A program made the position numbers and the translations under genes. From a virus, in IMG/VR virus record IMGVR_UViG_3300008120_010803, positions 1-64,000 of that record: a stretch of DNA of 64,000 bases; one strand, given 5' to 3'. The notes beneath the pieces were generated by a model that worked only from the letters and a program-made list of their open reading frames with translations, made no database searches and had not been told where the DNA came from. Positions 28,598 to 38,771 of this stretch are shown here, in pieces. How positions within the stretch are numbered: position 1 is the stretch's first letter; every line of letters begins with the position of its first letter.

Positions 28598-29978
28598 TCA
28601 AGTTGAACAAATGTCTAAAAAGGAATGGCTTGAGATTTGCGAAGGGCTTGAGCCGTATCACGCTGTGTTCTATAAAATGTGGCATCTCGGCAAGCCGGTT
28701 TTTACCAACGAGATTCCGACTGCCTGTGTACAGTTTGATAAAGTTGGACAATGCATCACTTGGAAATTCAATCCAAATTTTTGGAATGACTGCTCTTTTT
28801 ATAAGAAAATGTTTGTGATTTGCCATGAAGCTTTGCATATCTTGCTGAACCATGGGCAACGCTTCAATAAGCCAGAGCTTGCAGAAATTGCGAATGTAGC
28901 TATGGATGTTGCAGTCAACCACTCTTTGGTTTCTAGGTTTGGTTTTGTTCGTGAGCAGATTTCAGAACATGAGCAACTTTGCTGGGTTGATACCGTATTT
29001 CCTAATGAAAAATACAAGGGATTTCCTGTTCCAGATGATCAATGCTCTGAATTCTATTTGAATTTACTCCGTAAGAAAAAACCGCAATCTAAAAACAACA
29101 ACGGTACACCTTCAAACAACAACGGCACACCTTCTCCTAGTCAAGGAAAAGGAACCCCTAGTCCTGAATCGAGTCAGGGTTCCAAACAAAAAGGGAAGTC
29201 TCAACCATATAAAACTTTAGATAGCCATACATTCTCCGATCAAGGTGATGATTTCTCGAATATTATCAAGAAGCTTGATCAGGAGCTAAGCAATGATGAA
29301 AAAAAAGAATTGCGGAATTTTCTCGACAAGCAGGTTGACGATGAGTATGGCAGAAAAGCTGGCACCTCTCCTTCTAGCCTAATATATGTAATCCCAGACG
29401 AAATCTTAAAGACGAAGAAAAAAGAGAAGTGGGAGACTGTCATTAAAAAATGGACAGTCAAGGCTTTATCTAATCTTGATTATGAAACCGAGCAATGGGC
29501 TAGAATTCATCGCAGAAACAGCGAGTTGGATCGCAATCTATTTCTTCCTAGTGAACTGGATGATGAAGATTGCAAGCTTGAAAAGAAAAAAATCAAGCTG
29601 CATTTCTATTTGGATGTTTCAGGAAGCTGCTATCATTTAAAAGATAGATTCTTCAAAGCAGCTATGAGTTTGAATCCTAAGTATTTTGACATTAATCTCA
29701 ATGTCTTTAATACTGATGTATTCCATGTTGATATCAAAAATCCTGAAGCTTGTCCGGTTGGAGGAGGGACTGCTTTCGATATTATAGAGGATGATATTCA
29801 AAGGCATATGCGAGAGACAGAAAGCAAATATCCTGATGCCGTTTGGATTGTTACTGATGGGGGAGGAACAGATGTTAATCCCGAAAAGCCAGAAAGATGG
29901 TATTGGTTTCTATCGGAAGACTATACTCATCATATTCCAAAAAAATCTCCCAAGTTTATGCTTGAGGATTATGAGTAA
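28575..29978 (+). CDS. HExxH metallopeptidase-like plus vWA domain protein (DUF2201-like)
   Basis: CHEALH, LDVSGS, GGGT, VTDG; GGAGG RBS. Confidence 0.85.
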   Translation: MLLSQPANQVEQMSKKEWLEICEGLEPYHAVFYKMWHLGKPVFTNEIPTACVQFDKVGQCITWKFNPNFWNDCSFYKKMFVICHEALHILLNHGQRFNKPELAEIANVAMDVAVNHSLVSRFGFVREQISEHEQLCWVDTVFPNEKYKGFPVPDDQCSEFYLNLLRKKKPQSKNNNGTPSNNNGTPSPSQGKGTPSPESSQGSKQKGKSQPYKTLDSHTFSDQGDDFSNIIKKLDQELSNDEKKELRNFLDKQVDDEYGRKAGTSPSSLIYVIPDEILKTKKKEKWETVIKKWTVKALSNLDYETEQWARIHRRNSELDRNLFLPSELDDEDCKLEKKKIKLHFYLDVSGSCYHLKDRFFKAAMSLNPKYFDINLNVFNTDVFHVDIKNPEACPVGGGTAFDIIEDDIQRHMRETESKYPDAVWIVTDGGGTDVNPEKPERWYWFLSEDYTHHIPKKSPKFMLEDYE

Positions 29979-30513
29979 AAAAAAATTCGTCAGAGAGCTT
30001 TAAAAGTTCCTTGACTGGAACACAAGTCCACTCTCTATAGTTTATTTTATACTCATATTCACCTTTGATATCTTCGGTGCGGAGAAATGCCAGCCAAGGT
30101 CTTCTATCTTTTTTCCAGAATAGAAGAGGCATTTTTCCGCATCTTTTGCTATCATCAGATACTTGTTTTAAGAAATTATCTAGCTCTGTGTTTCCGCTTT
30201 CAAAAATCGAGTTTAAATCGATTTTGTTGTAACCGCCTTTAGACTCAATTACGAAATTAAAACCCTCTGGGCAGCAAATATCGCCTGTTAGCGTGTCTTT
30301 GGCATGCTTGGGTAGGTTTTTGACTTGAGCCCATCTATTTCCTGAACCTACAGACCTACTGAATGTTTTTTCTTTTAAGTGTGAGAAACGATTATTCAAA
30401 ATACCTACGATTTCTCTCTCGACCCTTTTTCCCTTTTTACCACCATCAACTTTTTTTGTTTTATTTTTTAGTTTTTCAACATGGTAAGCATCATCTAGAT
30501 CATCAAAATTCAT
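29956..30513 (-). CDS. Holliday junction resolvase-like PD-(D/E)xK nuclease
   Basis: KGKRVERE, GDI, IESK. Confidence 0.8.
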   Translation of the reverse strand: MNFDDLDDAYHVEKLKNKTKKVDGGKKGKRVEREIVGILNNRFSHLKEKTFSRSVGSGNRWAQVKNLPKHAKDTLTGDICCPEGFNFVIESKGGYNKIDLNSIFESGNTELDNFLKQVSDDSKRCGKMPLLFWKKDRRPWLAFLRTEDIKGEYEYKINYREWTCVPVKELLKLSDEFFFTHNPQA

Positions 30514-30522
30514 ATTTATTTC

Positions 30523-31572
30523 CTATAGTCTTAAATTAAGAGAGTTAAGTTTTTTATTTATTTCTATTATTGTTGAAACAGCATCTTCATATTGTTTGCA
30601 ATCTACATTTTTATAATGTATAAAAGATGCTATTTTAGTTAAAAGCTTAGTTTGTTGGTTTTGTAGTTCAAAAATACAGTCAATTAAATCTTCCTCAAGA
30701 TTGTTTTGCTTATAATTGTTTTTATCAGATTCAAACTTTTTACTAACACTATCATTTATAAAATAATAATCTTTTGGAGTGTCTATGTATTTATTTTCTT
30801 GATTCAATACATGCATATATTTTTCTATGTTGCAATTTTTTTTATAAACGAATTCAAATATCTCATATGGATTTATTTCTGTAATTTTAAATTGACCTAG
30901 GCTCAAACCTTTGTTTTTCAAATCATCAATTGAGCTTAGAAATATTTCTTCTGTGCTGAAAAAAAATATTTGTCCTAGTTCTTCCAACAAGTCTGCATAA
31001 AACAACGGTCTTTGTTTGTTTCTGAACAAGACAAGCTTTCGTTCATTCTGTCTGTTCTGTGTAAAAGCTACTGAGAAATGTGATTCGTGTGCATAATTCA
31101 AAAAAAATGATAAGTTATCAAGATAACTTTTGTCTTCTTGCTCTAAAATTCTAAGTATTATTTCTGAATCACATGTAGATTTTGTCTGGTAAAAATTTTT
31201 AAGGAAACCAAGTTCATTTTTTATGACTATTCCATTATGGATTACTGCTTTGGATAAGTCTTCGCTAACAAATGGATGATTGTTTATGTTATCGGATGGA
31301 AGTCCCACACCAGTAGAAGCTGCTCGGCAATGAAATAAACCAAGATTAGTTCTTTTATCCCATAGATTTTTGAATACCGTCTTTTTGATCAAATCAATAG
31401 ATGGTCCGGGCTGCTTGTGGTAATAAATTTTGTTTTCTTCAAATTCTGAAACACAATAAAATCCAGCTGCATCAATGCCTCTGGCTTGAGTTTTATCAAA
31501 TAGCGTTGTAACTAGCTCTTCAGTTTTTTTTGGATTTTTGCTAGTTCCAATGTATCCTAATAGCCCACACAT
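30523..31572 (-). CDS. class II glutamine amidotransferase
   Basis: MCGLLG, RGIDAAG, HCRAAS, NNHPF, HNG, CDSE. Confidence 0.9.
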   Translation of the reverse strand: MCGLLGYIGTSKNPKKTEELVTTLFDKTQARGIDAAGFYCVSEFEENKIYYHKQPGPSIDLIKKTVFKNLWDKRTNLGLFHCRAASTGVGLPSDNINNHPFVSEDLSKAVIHNGIVIKNELGFLKNFYQTKSTCDSEIILRILEQEDKSYLDNLSFFLNYAHESHFSVAFTQNRQNERKLVLFRNKQRPLFYADLLEELGQIFFFSTEEIFLSSIDDLKNKGLSLGQFKITEINPYEIFEFVYKKNCNIEKYMHVLNQENKYIDTPKDYYFINDSVSKKFESDKNNYKQNNLEEDLIDCIFELQNQQTKLLTKIASFIHYKNVDCKQYEDAVSTIIEINKKLNSLNLRL

Positions 31573-32096
31573 TATTGTATAGGTGGTTCTCCTAGTGGTG
31601 CCTGTGGTTTTTGGGGAGGATTAGTTGTAAAGCCTGACATGCCTTCTGGACCTGTTTCTGGGGCTGCTGGAGGCAAAGTATTAGCTGGTTCTATTTGTGG
31701 TGATGGGCCTGCTTCTTTTGGAGTGACAGCCAAGTTGTTTACAGGAACATTCATTTTCTTCAAAGTAGCTTCTATTTCGGAAATACAGCTACCTATTGTT
31801 TGCTCCAAGTTATCATTTTCTTCGAGCGCTTTGGCAAGAGCAACTCCAACTTTTTGCATGGATTTTAAAAACTTAATATCATCACCAGACCAATGACCAC
31901 CAAGCAAGCTTCTAACTTGACAGACAATTTTATCGGTGAACCTAACTAAATTTTTTGTCCCTATTTTACTGGCTTCTTCTTGTATCTCTTGCAGAGATGT
32001 AAGAATATTGCCGATTTCTTTCCCAAGGAAAGCTCTATTTTCATTTAATACGAAAGACCTGAAATCTAGGTCATCGTGTTTATATTCGTTTATCAT
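31572..32096 (-). CDS. hypothetical protein with Pro-rich tail
   Basis: LDFRSFVLNE near N-terminus; CATAAATA 4 nt upstream of ATG. Confidence 0.6.
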   Translation of the reverse strand: MINEYKHDDLDFRSFVLNENRAFLGKEIGNILTSLQEIQEEASKIGTKNLVRFTDKIVCQVRSLLGGHWSGDDIKFLKSMQKVGVALAKALEENDNLEQTIGSCISEIEATLKKMNVPVNNLAVTPKEAGPSPQIEPANTLPPAAPETGPEGMSGFTTNPPQKPQAPLGEPPIQ

Positions 32097-33730
32097 GCTG
32101 TATTTATGCTCTCAGCCTTTCTCTTTGCTGCACTTTCCATCAATCCAATAAATAATGGAGAGGCACTTTGAAGCCTTGATTTGAATTCAGGATGGGCTTG
32201 TGTTCCTATGAAAAATGGATGAATTTCCTGATTTAACTCCATGATTTCAATTAGATTAGTTTCTGGGTTTCTTCCCGTCACTTTCATGCCCTTTTTTTCA
32301 AAACCTTGAACATTGATAATTTCATCGTTAACTTCATAACGATGCCGATGTCTTTCGTGTATTGTCTTCTTTTTATATAAATCATATGCCAATGAATCTT
32401 TTGATAGCTCACAGGCATATGAGCCAAGTCTCATAGTCCCTGACTTCTTCGTGATTTTTTCTTGTCCCGGAATGTAATGAACGACAGGATGCTTTGTGTT
32501 CGGATCAAATTCCTCACTAGTAGCTTCATCCAATCCTAAGTGCCTAGCAAACTCAATAACAGCACATTGAAGACCTAAACAGATTCCTAAAAATGGTATC
32601 TTCTTTTCCCGTACATATTTAATCCCTTTTATCTTTCCCTCTACGCCACGAACATCAAATCCACCGGGAACAATTAGTCCGTCTATGTTTTCGAATAGCT
32701 TATTTAAGCACTTGGCATCTTTGCATGCCTCTGCTTCATCGGCATTTATCCATACTATTTCAGCTTTAACATTTTTGGCTACTGCTGCATGAAAAATGGC
32801 CTCTTTAAGGCTTAAATATGCCTCATCACAGTTATCGTATTTGTTCAGAACGGCAATTCTGACAGTCGTTAATTCTTCATTACCGATATACTTTTCTACC
32901 AAGTCACGATATTTATGAATTCTGACTCCGTTTCGGGTAAGATGAAACTTGTCTATAATTAGATCATCAACATGTCGATTATAAAATTCTATTGGAACTT
33001 GATAAACAGATTTGACATCAGGAGCCTCGAATACTGCGGACCTTGGAACATTAGTTAAGTTTGAAATCTTGTCCATAATAGACTTTGGTATTTCACGGTC
33101 TGTTCTACAGAATAATATTTCTGGCTGTAGGCCAGAGCTTTGCATTTGTTGAACCGCTTGTTGAAATGGTTTGGTCTTGAACTCTTTAATAGTTGGAACC
33201 CACAAAACTGGTGCCACTAAAGAAATGATTACATCATTCCAATTTCTTTGTTTAAATTGCCTAATTGCCTCAAGGAACGGATATGATTCCGAATCGCCCA
33301 CAGTCCCACCAATTTCGATTAAAACAATATCTGCATCTTTACCTAAGTCTAGCAATCTATTAATAATTTTATCAGTAACATGTGGAACTATTTGAACTGT
33401 TTGACCCAAGTATTTACCATTATCTTGTTCGTCTAGTATCTCTTTATATACAGTACCAGAAGTAAGTATGTTTTTTGAACTTACTTGGCAATTGATAATT
33501 CTTTCGTAGGTTCCAAGATCAAGGTCTGTTTCAGACCCATCGTCGCACAGAAACACCTCTCCGTGCTCTCTTGGAGCCAAAACACCAGCATTCGTGTTTA
33601 GATAGGGGTCGAACTTAATAGGGACTATTTTAAGGCCTCTTAATGACAATAAAAGTCCAAGGCTAGCTATTGAAACTCCCTTGCCAGTACCGCTAATAAC
33701 ACCACCGCAAACAACAATGTACTTGGCCAT
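32093..33730 (-). CDS. pyrG: CTP synthase
   Basis: GGVISGTGKG, KFDPYLN, GICLG, RHRHRYE, QAHPE. Confidence 0.97.
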   Translation of the reverse strand: MAKYIVVCGGVISGTGKGVSIASLGLLLSLRGLKIVPIKFDPYLNTNAGVLAPREHGEVFLCDDGSETDLDLGTYERIINCQVSSKNILTSGTVYKEILDEQDNGKYLGQTVQIVPHVTDKIINRLLDLGKDADIVLIEIGGTVGDSESYPFLEAIRQFKQRNWNDVIISLVAPVLWVPTIKEFKTKPFQQAVQQMQSSGLQPEILFCRTDREIPKSIMDKISNLTNVPRSAVFEAPDVKSVYQVPIEFYNRHVDDLIIDKFHLTRNGVRIHKYRDLVEKYIGNEELTTVRIAVLNKYDNCDEAYLSLKEAIFHAAVAKNVKAEIVWINADEAEACKDAKCLNKLFENIDGLIVPGGFDVRGVEGKIKGIKYVREKKIPFLGICLGLQCAVIEFARHLGLDEATSEEFDPNTKHPVVHYIPGQEKITKKSGTMRLGSYACELSKDSLAYDLYKKKTIHERHRHRYEVNDEIINVQGFEKKGMKVTGRNPETNLIEIMELNQEIHPFFIGTQAHPEFKSRLQSASPLFIGLMESAAKRKAESINTA

Positions 33731-33822
33731 ATTTTTTCCCTGTGACTGGTTTTTTCAATTGTACAGAAAGTACAAAGTGAATCAACATTTTTATTATTTC
33801 ATTTAATTGAGTGTATTAAATT

Positions 33823-34053
33823 TTATTCTTCAAAAAAAGAACATCCCTGATGCTCAAAAGTCAAAAGTCCCTTTCTAGGACTTTTAGGATTGCAACAAAC
33901 ACCCCAATCCGATCCTAATTTTCCTTCTAATTTAATAAAGTTTTTGCATCCACAACTACAATCTGGTCCCCAATCATCTGACCTAGACCTCGAACCATAT
34001 GGCTCGAAGTCCGAGTCAAGATTGATTAGGACCATTTGTAGTTTATTGTGCAT
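33823..34053 (-). CDS. Cys-rich DUF3027-like protein
   Basis: C..C..F..L.G....WGVC.N..SP..G.....HQGC; TGATG overlap with nrdA. Confidence 0.6.
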   Translation of the reverse strand: MHNKLQMVLINLDSDFEPYGSRSRSDDWGPDCSCGCKNFIKLEGKLGSDWGVCCNPKSPRKGLLTFEHQGCSFFEE

Positions 34054-35699
34054 CAGCTTTCGCAAGAGGTACAGGTTAGAATTGATCTTGCAAAGTTTTG
34101 TGCTGCGTTGATTGATATTTGATAGTAAAAACCTTTTACACCCATCTTCCAAGCGTCAACTAATAAGGCATTTACATCCTTGGTAGGTATGGATGGATGA
34201 ATCATAAGATTCAACGATTGTCCTTGGTCAATATATTTTTGGCGCTGTGCTGCTTGAATCACAATTTCTTTCGGACTAATTTCTGCAAATGTTTTGAAAA
34301 CATTTTTTTCATGTTCCGTCAAGAACTCAAGATGTTGAACGCTACCAGCATTCATAAGAATGCTTTTCCAAACCTCATCAGTATTCTTGCCCTTTGATTC
34401 TAAAAGGCTTTCAAGCTCATGATTCTTTACCGTGAACTTACCCTTTTGCAAGTCCTTGATATAGTAATTAGTTCTGTGAGGCTCAATACCTTCTGAAACT
34501 TGACCAAGTATGAAGGCTGATGATTTTGTTGGAGCAATAGCTAGAAGCGTGGTATTTCTTCTGCCATATCCTTGGCAAACTTCAGGCTCACCATATTCTT
34601 GAGCTAACTTAGCACTTGCCTTATATGCAGATTCTTTTATATTTTTGGCAATAGTGGTGTTATGGAATTTGGCTTCCATGCTTTCCCAAGCAATCATTTT
34701 GCTTTGGAGGTAGCTGTGCCAGCCTAGCCAGCCGATGCCCAGCGCACGATGCCTTTCGGCAAACCGGACAGACCTCTCCATGAATTTTATTTTCTTAGCC
34801 TTGTCAATAAATTCTGTCATTACTGCATCAAGCAAATATACTAAAAGCTCTACAGCATCAGTATCTTTCCATTCATCATAATAAAGAATATTCATACTAC
34901 TCAAATCACATACGAAAGACTCTTCTTCGTTGTCTGGAAGATATATTTCGTTACAAAGGTTTGAGTGAGTAATTTTCAAACCTTGTTGTTTGTAGCAATC
35001 AGCAGTATTATTGTTAGCATTATCAATAAAAGAAATATAAGGATATCCAAAGTTCGACCTCATTTCGAGTACTTTGGCCCATACTTTTCGCTTTTCGGTA
35101 TCTCCGTCGATCATTTCTTGCATCCAGTAGTCTGGAACACAGACTCCAAATGACAAATCCTGTATCGGAAAACCTTCAGTCCTTATTTGTAAAAACTCCA
35201 TGATATCGCCATGATCTATGGGCAGGTAGGCTGCGAAATTACCTCTTCTGGTAGAGCCTTGGCTGACTATTTGAATCAGGTTTTCAAAAGCCTGCATAAA
35301 ATGGACTGAACCAGAGCTAGTCCCATTTTTACGAATTGACGATCCTCTTGGTCTTAAATTACCAAATGTGGCAGAAGTACCTCCACCATATTTGGTCATC
35401 ATAGCGACTTCTGCCCATGTGAAAGCAATTGATTCCATGGAATCGCCTAGTGTCGATCCAAAGCAAGATATTGGAAGACCTCTGTCGTTTCCAAAATTAG
35501 TCCATATTGGGGTAGAAAGGCTGTACCAGCCTTTCTTGAAATTCTCCTTGAATCTTGCTGCAAATCCCGGTTTATTCAGTATTTTTTCTGCACAATTGCA
35601 GATTTCATCTACTCTGTTATCAACTGTTTGCCCGTCTACCAAATAGTCTCTTTCCAAGAAAATACGGGAAAGTTCTGTGAGCCATCTGTAATCTGACAT
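34053..35699 (-). CDS. nrdA: ribonucleotide reductase class I alpha subunit, no ATP cone
   Basis: PISCF, GGGT, NLCNEI, IAPT.SS, C-terminal YY and CTSCES. Confidence 0.95.
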   Translation of the reverse strand: MSDYRWLTELSRIFLERDYLVDGQTVDNRVDEICNCAEKILNKPGFAARFKENFKKGWYSLSTPIWTNFGNDRGLPISCFGSTLGDSMESIAFTWAEVAMMTKYGGGTSATFGNLRPRGSSIRKNGTSSGSVHFMQAFENLIQIVSQGSTRRGNFAAYLPIDHGDIMEFLQIRTEGFPIQDLSFGVCVPDYWMQEMIDGDTEKRKVWAKVLEMRSNFGYPYISFIDNANNNTADCYKQQGLKITHSNLCNEIYLPDNEEESFVCDLSSMNILYYDEWKDTDAVELLVYLLDAVMTEFIDKAKKIKFMERSVRFAERHRALGIGWLGWHSYLQSKMIAWESMEAKFHNTTIAKNIKESAYKASAKLAQEYGEPEVCQGYGRRNTTLLAIAPTKSSAFILGQVSEGIEPHRTNYYIKDLQKGKFTVKNHELESLLESKGKNTDEVWKSILMNAGSVQHLEFLTEHEKNVFKTFAEISPKEIVIQAAQRQKYIDQGQSLNLMIHPSIPTKDVNALLVDAWKMGVKGFYYQISINAAQNFARSILTCTSCES

Positions 35700-36685
35700 T
35701 AGAATAAGTCCTCCGCTGTGCATGATTTTGAAAACTTGCTGTAAGTGACTGGTTTCTTGTGAAAGAAGTCTGTGTTGACTTCTGCATGAATTTCGTCTTC
35801 AAACCATTTTAGCTCTGCTACTGCCTTTGGGTCAGCATCAAATACTTTATTTCCACCAATCATTTGAAGACTTTCATTGAACCTATGCTTGATATATTCT
35901 TTAACGACCGACTTTTTGAGAAATGAAAGTTCTCCCGCTTCAAAAATCCAATCGATAATTTTTGCCTCTGCCTCGTATGCTTTTTTACAAGCACGGTAGA
36001 GCTTTTCATAAAATTCTTCGTTGAACCACTCTGGGAATTCTTTTTGTATTTGTTTTATTATATAAACACCAAGAAGAGCATGTAATGTTTCTTCTTTTTG
36101 TGTTGCTTGCACAACATTATCAATATCTTTAAGACAGTTCATATATTTGTTGAAAGATTTTATCACAACAAACTGTGAGAATAAACTAACATTTTCTATA
36201 AAGATAGAGAATAAAGTTAATGTCAAAGTATAGTTTTCGTCGCTGTTGTCTGAAGCGCCTTTCAAATATTTTGTTAAATAATCAACTCTTCCTTGAATTA
36301 CTGGATTTTGTAACAACTGATCGAATTCATTATTCATGCCAAGGATTTCTAGTAAATGCGAATACGCATCACTATGTCTTACTTCTGACTCCCCAAATGT
36401 CACACCAACTTGATCGAACTCTGCTTTTGGAAATCTTTCTCCAAGCTTCGTCCAAAACTTTTTGACAGATATTTCTATTTGTGAAATAGCAAGCATGGCA
36501 TTCTTAAGAACGCTTTTTTCTATGTCAGAAAGCTTAACATTAAAATCTTGTATATCTCCTATGAAATTCCATTCACTTACTAGCCAATAACTATGATTTA
36601 TTGCGTTTTTATACTCGCTAACTTCCGGGTATTCAAATGGTTTAAATGCGACTCTTTTTTCAAAAATATTTCTTTTACTAGACAT
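35699..36685 (-). CDS. nrdB: ribonucleotide reductase class I beta subunit (class Id-like)
   Basis: KPFEYP, QIEISVK, ESEVRH..AY, IENVSLF, EETLH, DFF. Confidence 0.95.
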   Translation of the reverse strand: MSSKRNIFEKRVAFKPFEYPEVSEYKNAINHSYWLVSEWNFIGDIQDFNVKLSDIEKSVLKNAMLAISQIEISVKKFWTKLGERFPKAEFDQVGVTFGESEVRHSDAYSHLLEILGMNNEFDQLLQNPVIQGRVDYLTKYLKGASDNSDENYTLTLTLFSIFIENVSLFSQFVVIKSFNKYMNCLKDIDNVVQATQKEETLHALLGVYIIKQIQKEFPEWFNEEFYEKLYRACKKAYEAEAKIIDWIFEAGELSFLKKSVVKEYIKHRFNESLQMIGGNKVFDADPKAVAELKWFEDEIHAEVNTDFFHKKPVTYSKFSKSCTAEDLF

Positions 36686-36753
36686 GCTGTTTGCCTCATT
36701 TAAATTGTTGGGAAGTTATTTATAACTTGGTTCGTTATTTTATTCAATTAAAT

Positions 36754-38769
36754 TTATTTTTCGATTTTTGTCAAACCTTTTTCCATAACCAAATCCAAAG
36801 TGTCACAACCATTGAGATAATCAATCAAATCATGATCATGAGTAGTGATGAAAACCTGTTTTTCTTTGTTCAATTCACAAATCATGTTGTAAATCCCACT
36901 TACTCCTTGAGGATCAACATTTGATGTAACTTCGTCAAGAAATACAATATTTGGAGTTTTACCAGAATTCAAAGACATAACATGTGCAAAAGCCTGACTA
37001 ACAGCTAAATTTATTCTTCTTCTTTGTCCATTGCTCATGGTTTCATAATTGTAAATTTTTTCATCGGTTGGATACTTTTCAATTGTCTCTTCAAATTCAT
37101 TATTGAATTTGAGAGTTATTTTATTCTCTATCAAAAATTGCATCCAATAGTCTATGTTCGCATTTAAAGCCGGAACGATCTCGTCAATAACATACTTGCG
37201 AATTCCCGAATCACCAAATGCTGTAATCCAATAGTCGAAGTATTTGGTAGTTTCAGAAAGATTATTATATTCCCTATCTTTAATATCTTTGTTAGCTGAA
37301 ATATCTTTTATATTGTTTTCAGAAACTTCGATTAGATTTGAATACGGACTCCCTGCCGAAGCTTCCTTAATTTTCTCAGTAATTTGCGATTTTATTATTT
37401 CTATCTTTTGCTCGATAGCTTTTACTTTTTGATTTTCTTCAGGTTTTTTTATCTTCAAAAGTTCGTTTAACTCTTTCGAAAAAGTAGATTTGTCTTGATT
37501 GCATTTTTTGATTGCATCTTTTATAGAATTTAACTTTTGATTACAAACTTTATAATTTTGATCTATTTTATCTAATTTCTCTTTTTCTGATGCAAGCTTT
37601 TCAGTCTTTGATTGTTTTTCTTGTGTGTAATTTGCAGCTTCATTTTTATAGTTTTGCAAAACTAAATCGTGGGATTCTTTGTTCACGACAGAAAGACAAT
37701 GGGAGCATTGAACTCCATCTTCCAGATTTTCAATTTTTGTTATATTTGAATTAGCTTTAAATATGCTTGAATCTAAATCCCTGATTTCAGTACGAATGTC
37801 CGAACAAACTATTGTTTGTGAATCAAATGCAGACTTCATTTTAGAAGCTAATTCAGAAAAAGTTGTTTCGTTTTTTTCATGAGATTGTAGACTATCATCC
37901 AAATCAGCTATATTTTTTTCCAGTATCGTAATTTTTTCTACTACTTGTTCATACTTTTTATGTTCAGAATCGTCAGCTAATGCTTTTTCTTTTTCATCAG
38001 ATAAAATTTCGATAGCTAGTTTTAACTTTTGTAGCTCTGATTTTTTATTTTCTTTCCAATCTTCTTGTGACTTCTTCAATCTAGTCAAATTCAATTCTTC
38101 GTCAGAAAGACTTTTTTGACAGAATGAAATATCTTTTTCTAAATTTTTTATAGTTTCCTTATGTGCTTTTTGCAAAACCTTGGCATTTTCATGATACTTT
38201 CTGTATTTCTCTAACGAAAGCAAATTTTCAACTATTTCTCTTTTGTCCGCTGCATCACATTCTAGAAACGAACTTGATGAATCATCTGTAAACACAGCGA
38301 CATTTATAAATGTTTCATAAGACATACCGATAATATCTTCAATAAATGCTTGTGTAGCAGGCATGCCACCAAGTGTTATTTCTGAGGATTCGTCCCACTT
38401 GTCTTCAGAACTTTTCCAAAGACGAAGGCTGTCTGGCTTTCTGGTTCTTTGTAACTTGTAGTCATCCCAATAAATTTCAACTTTAAGCTTCTTGCCAACT
38501 GATTGATTGATTATGTCTTTGTGGTTGATTTTATTGGGTTTCCGAATAGTTTTACCATATAACCCGTAGACAAGAATCGCTGGAATAGATGATTTTCCAG
38601 CACCATTACTTGAATGCTTTTCAGTAATTGATGTGTTTTCAACTGTGTCTAGATTTTTTCCACGAATCAAAACTATGTTGTTGAAATTTGAAAAGTCTAT
38701 AGAAACTCCATCGGAGCCAAAACACATAAAATTTTCAGCATACATCTTTTTGAAGTTGATCTTTTTCAT
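36754..38769 (-). CDS. SbcC/Rad50-like ATPase, T4 gp46-like
   Basis: NGAGKS, CSHC hook, MSNGQ signature, FLDE. Confidence 0.92.
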   Translation of the reverse strand: MKKINFKKMYAENFMCFGSDGVSIDFSNFNNIVLIRGKNLDTVENTSITEKHSSNGAGKSSIPAILVYGLYGKTIRKPNKINHKDIINQSVGKKLKVEIYWDDYKLQRTRKPDSLRLWKSSEDKWDESSEITLGGMPATQAFIEDIIGMSYETFINVAVFTDDSSSSFLECDAADKREIVENLLSLEKYRKYHENAKVLQKAHKETIKNLEKDISFCQKSLSDEELNLTRLKKSQEDWKENKKSELQKLKLAIEILSDEKEKALADDSEHKKYEQVVEKITILEKNIADLDDSLQSHEKNETTFSELASKMKSAFDSQTIVCSDIRTEIRDLDSSIFKANSNITKIENLEDGVQCSHCLSVVNKESHDLVLQNYKNEAANYTQEKQSKTEKLASEKEKLDKIDQNYKVCNQKLNSIKDAIKKCNQDKSTFSKELNELLKIKKPEENQKVKAIEQKIEIIKSQITEKIKEASAGSPYSNLIEVSENNIKDISANKDIKDREYNNLSETTKYFDYWITAFGDSGIRKYVIDEIVPALNANIDYWMQFLIENKITLKFNNEFEETIEKYPTDEKIYNYETMSNGQRRRINLAVSQAFAHVMSLNSGKTPNIVFLDEVTSNVDPQGVSGIYNMICELNKEKQVFITTHDHDLIDYLNGCDTLDLVMEKGLTKIEK

Positions 38770-38771
38770 GG

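Noticed and set aside
29094-29165. NNNGTPS duplication
   Set aside because: Ordinary low-complexity linker between peptidase and vWA domains.
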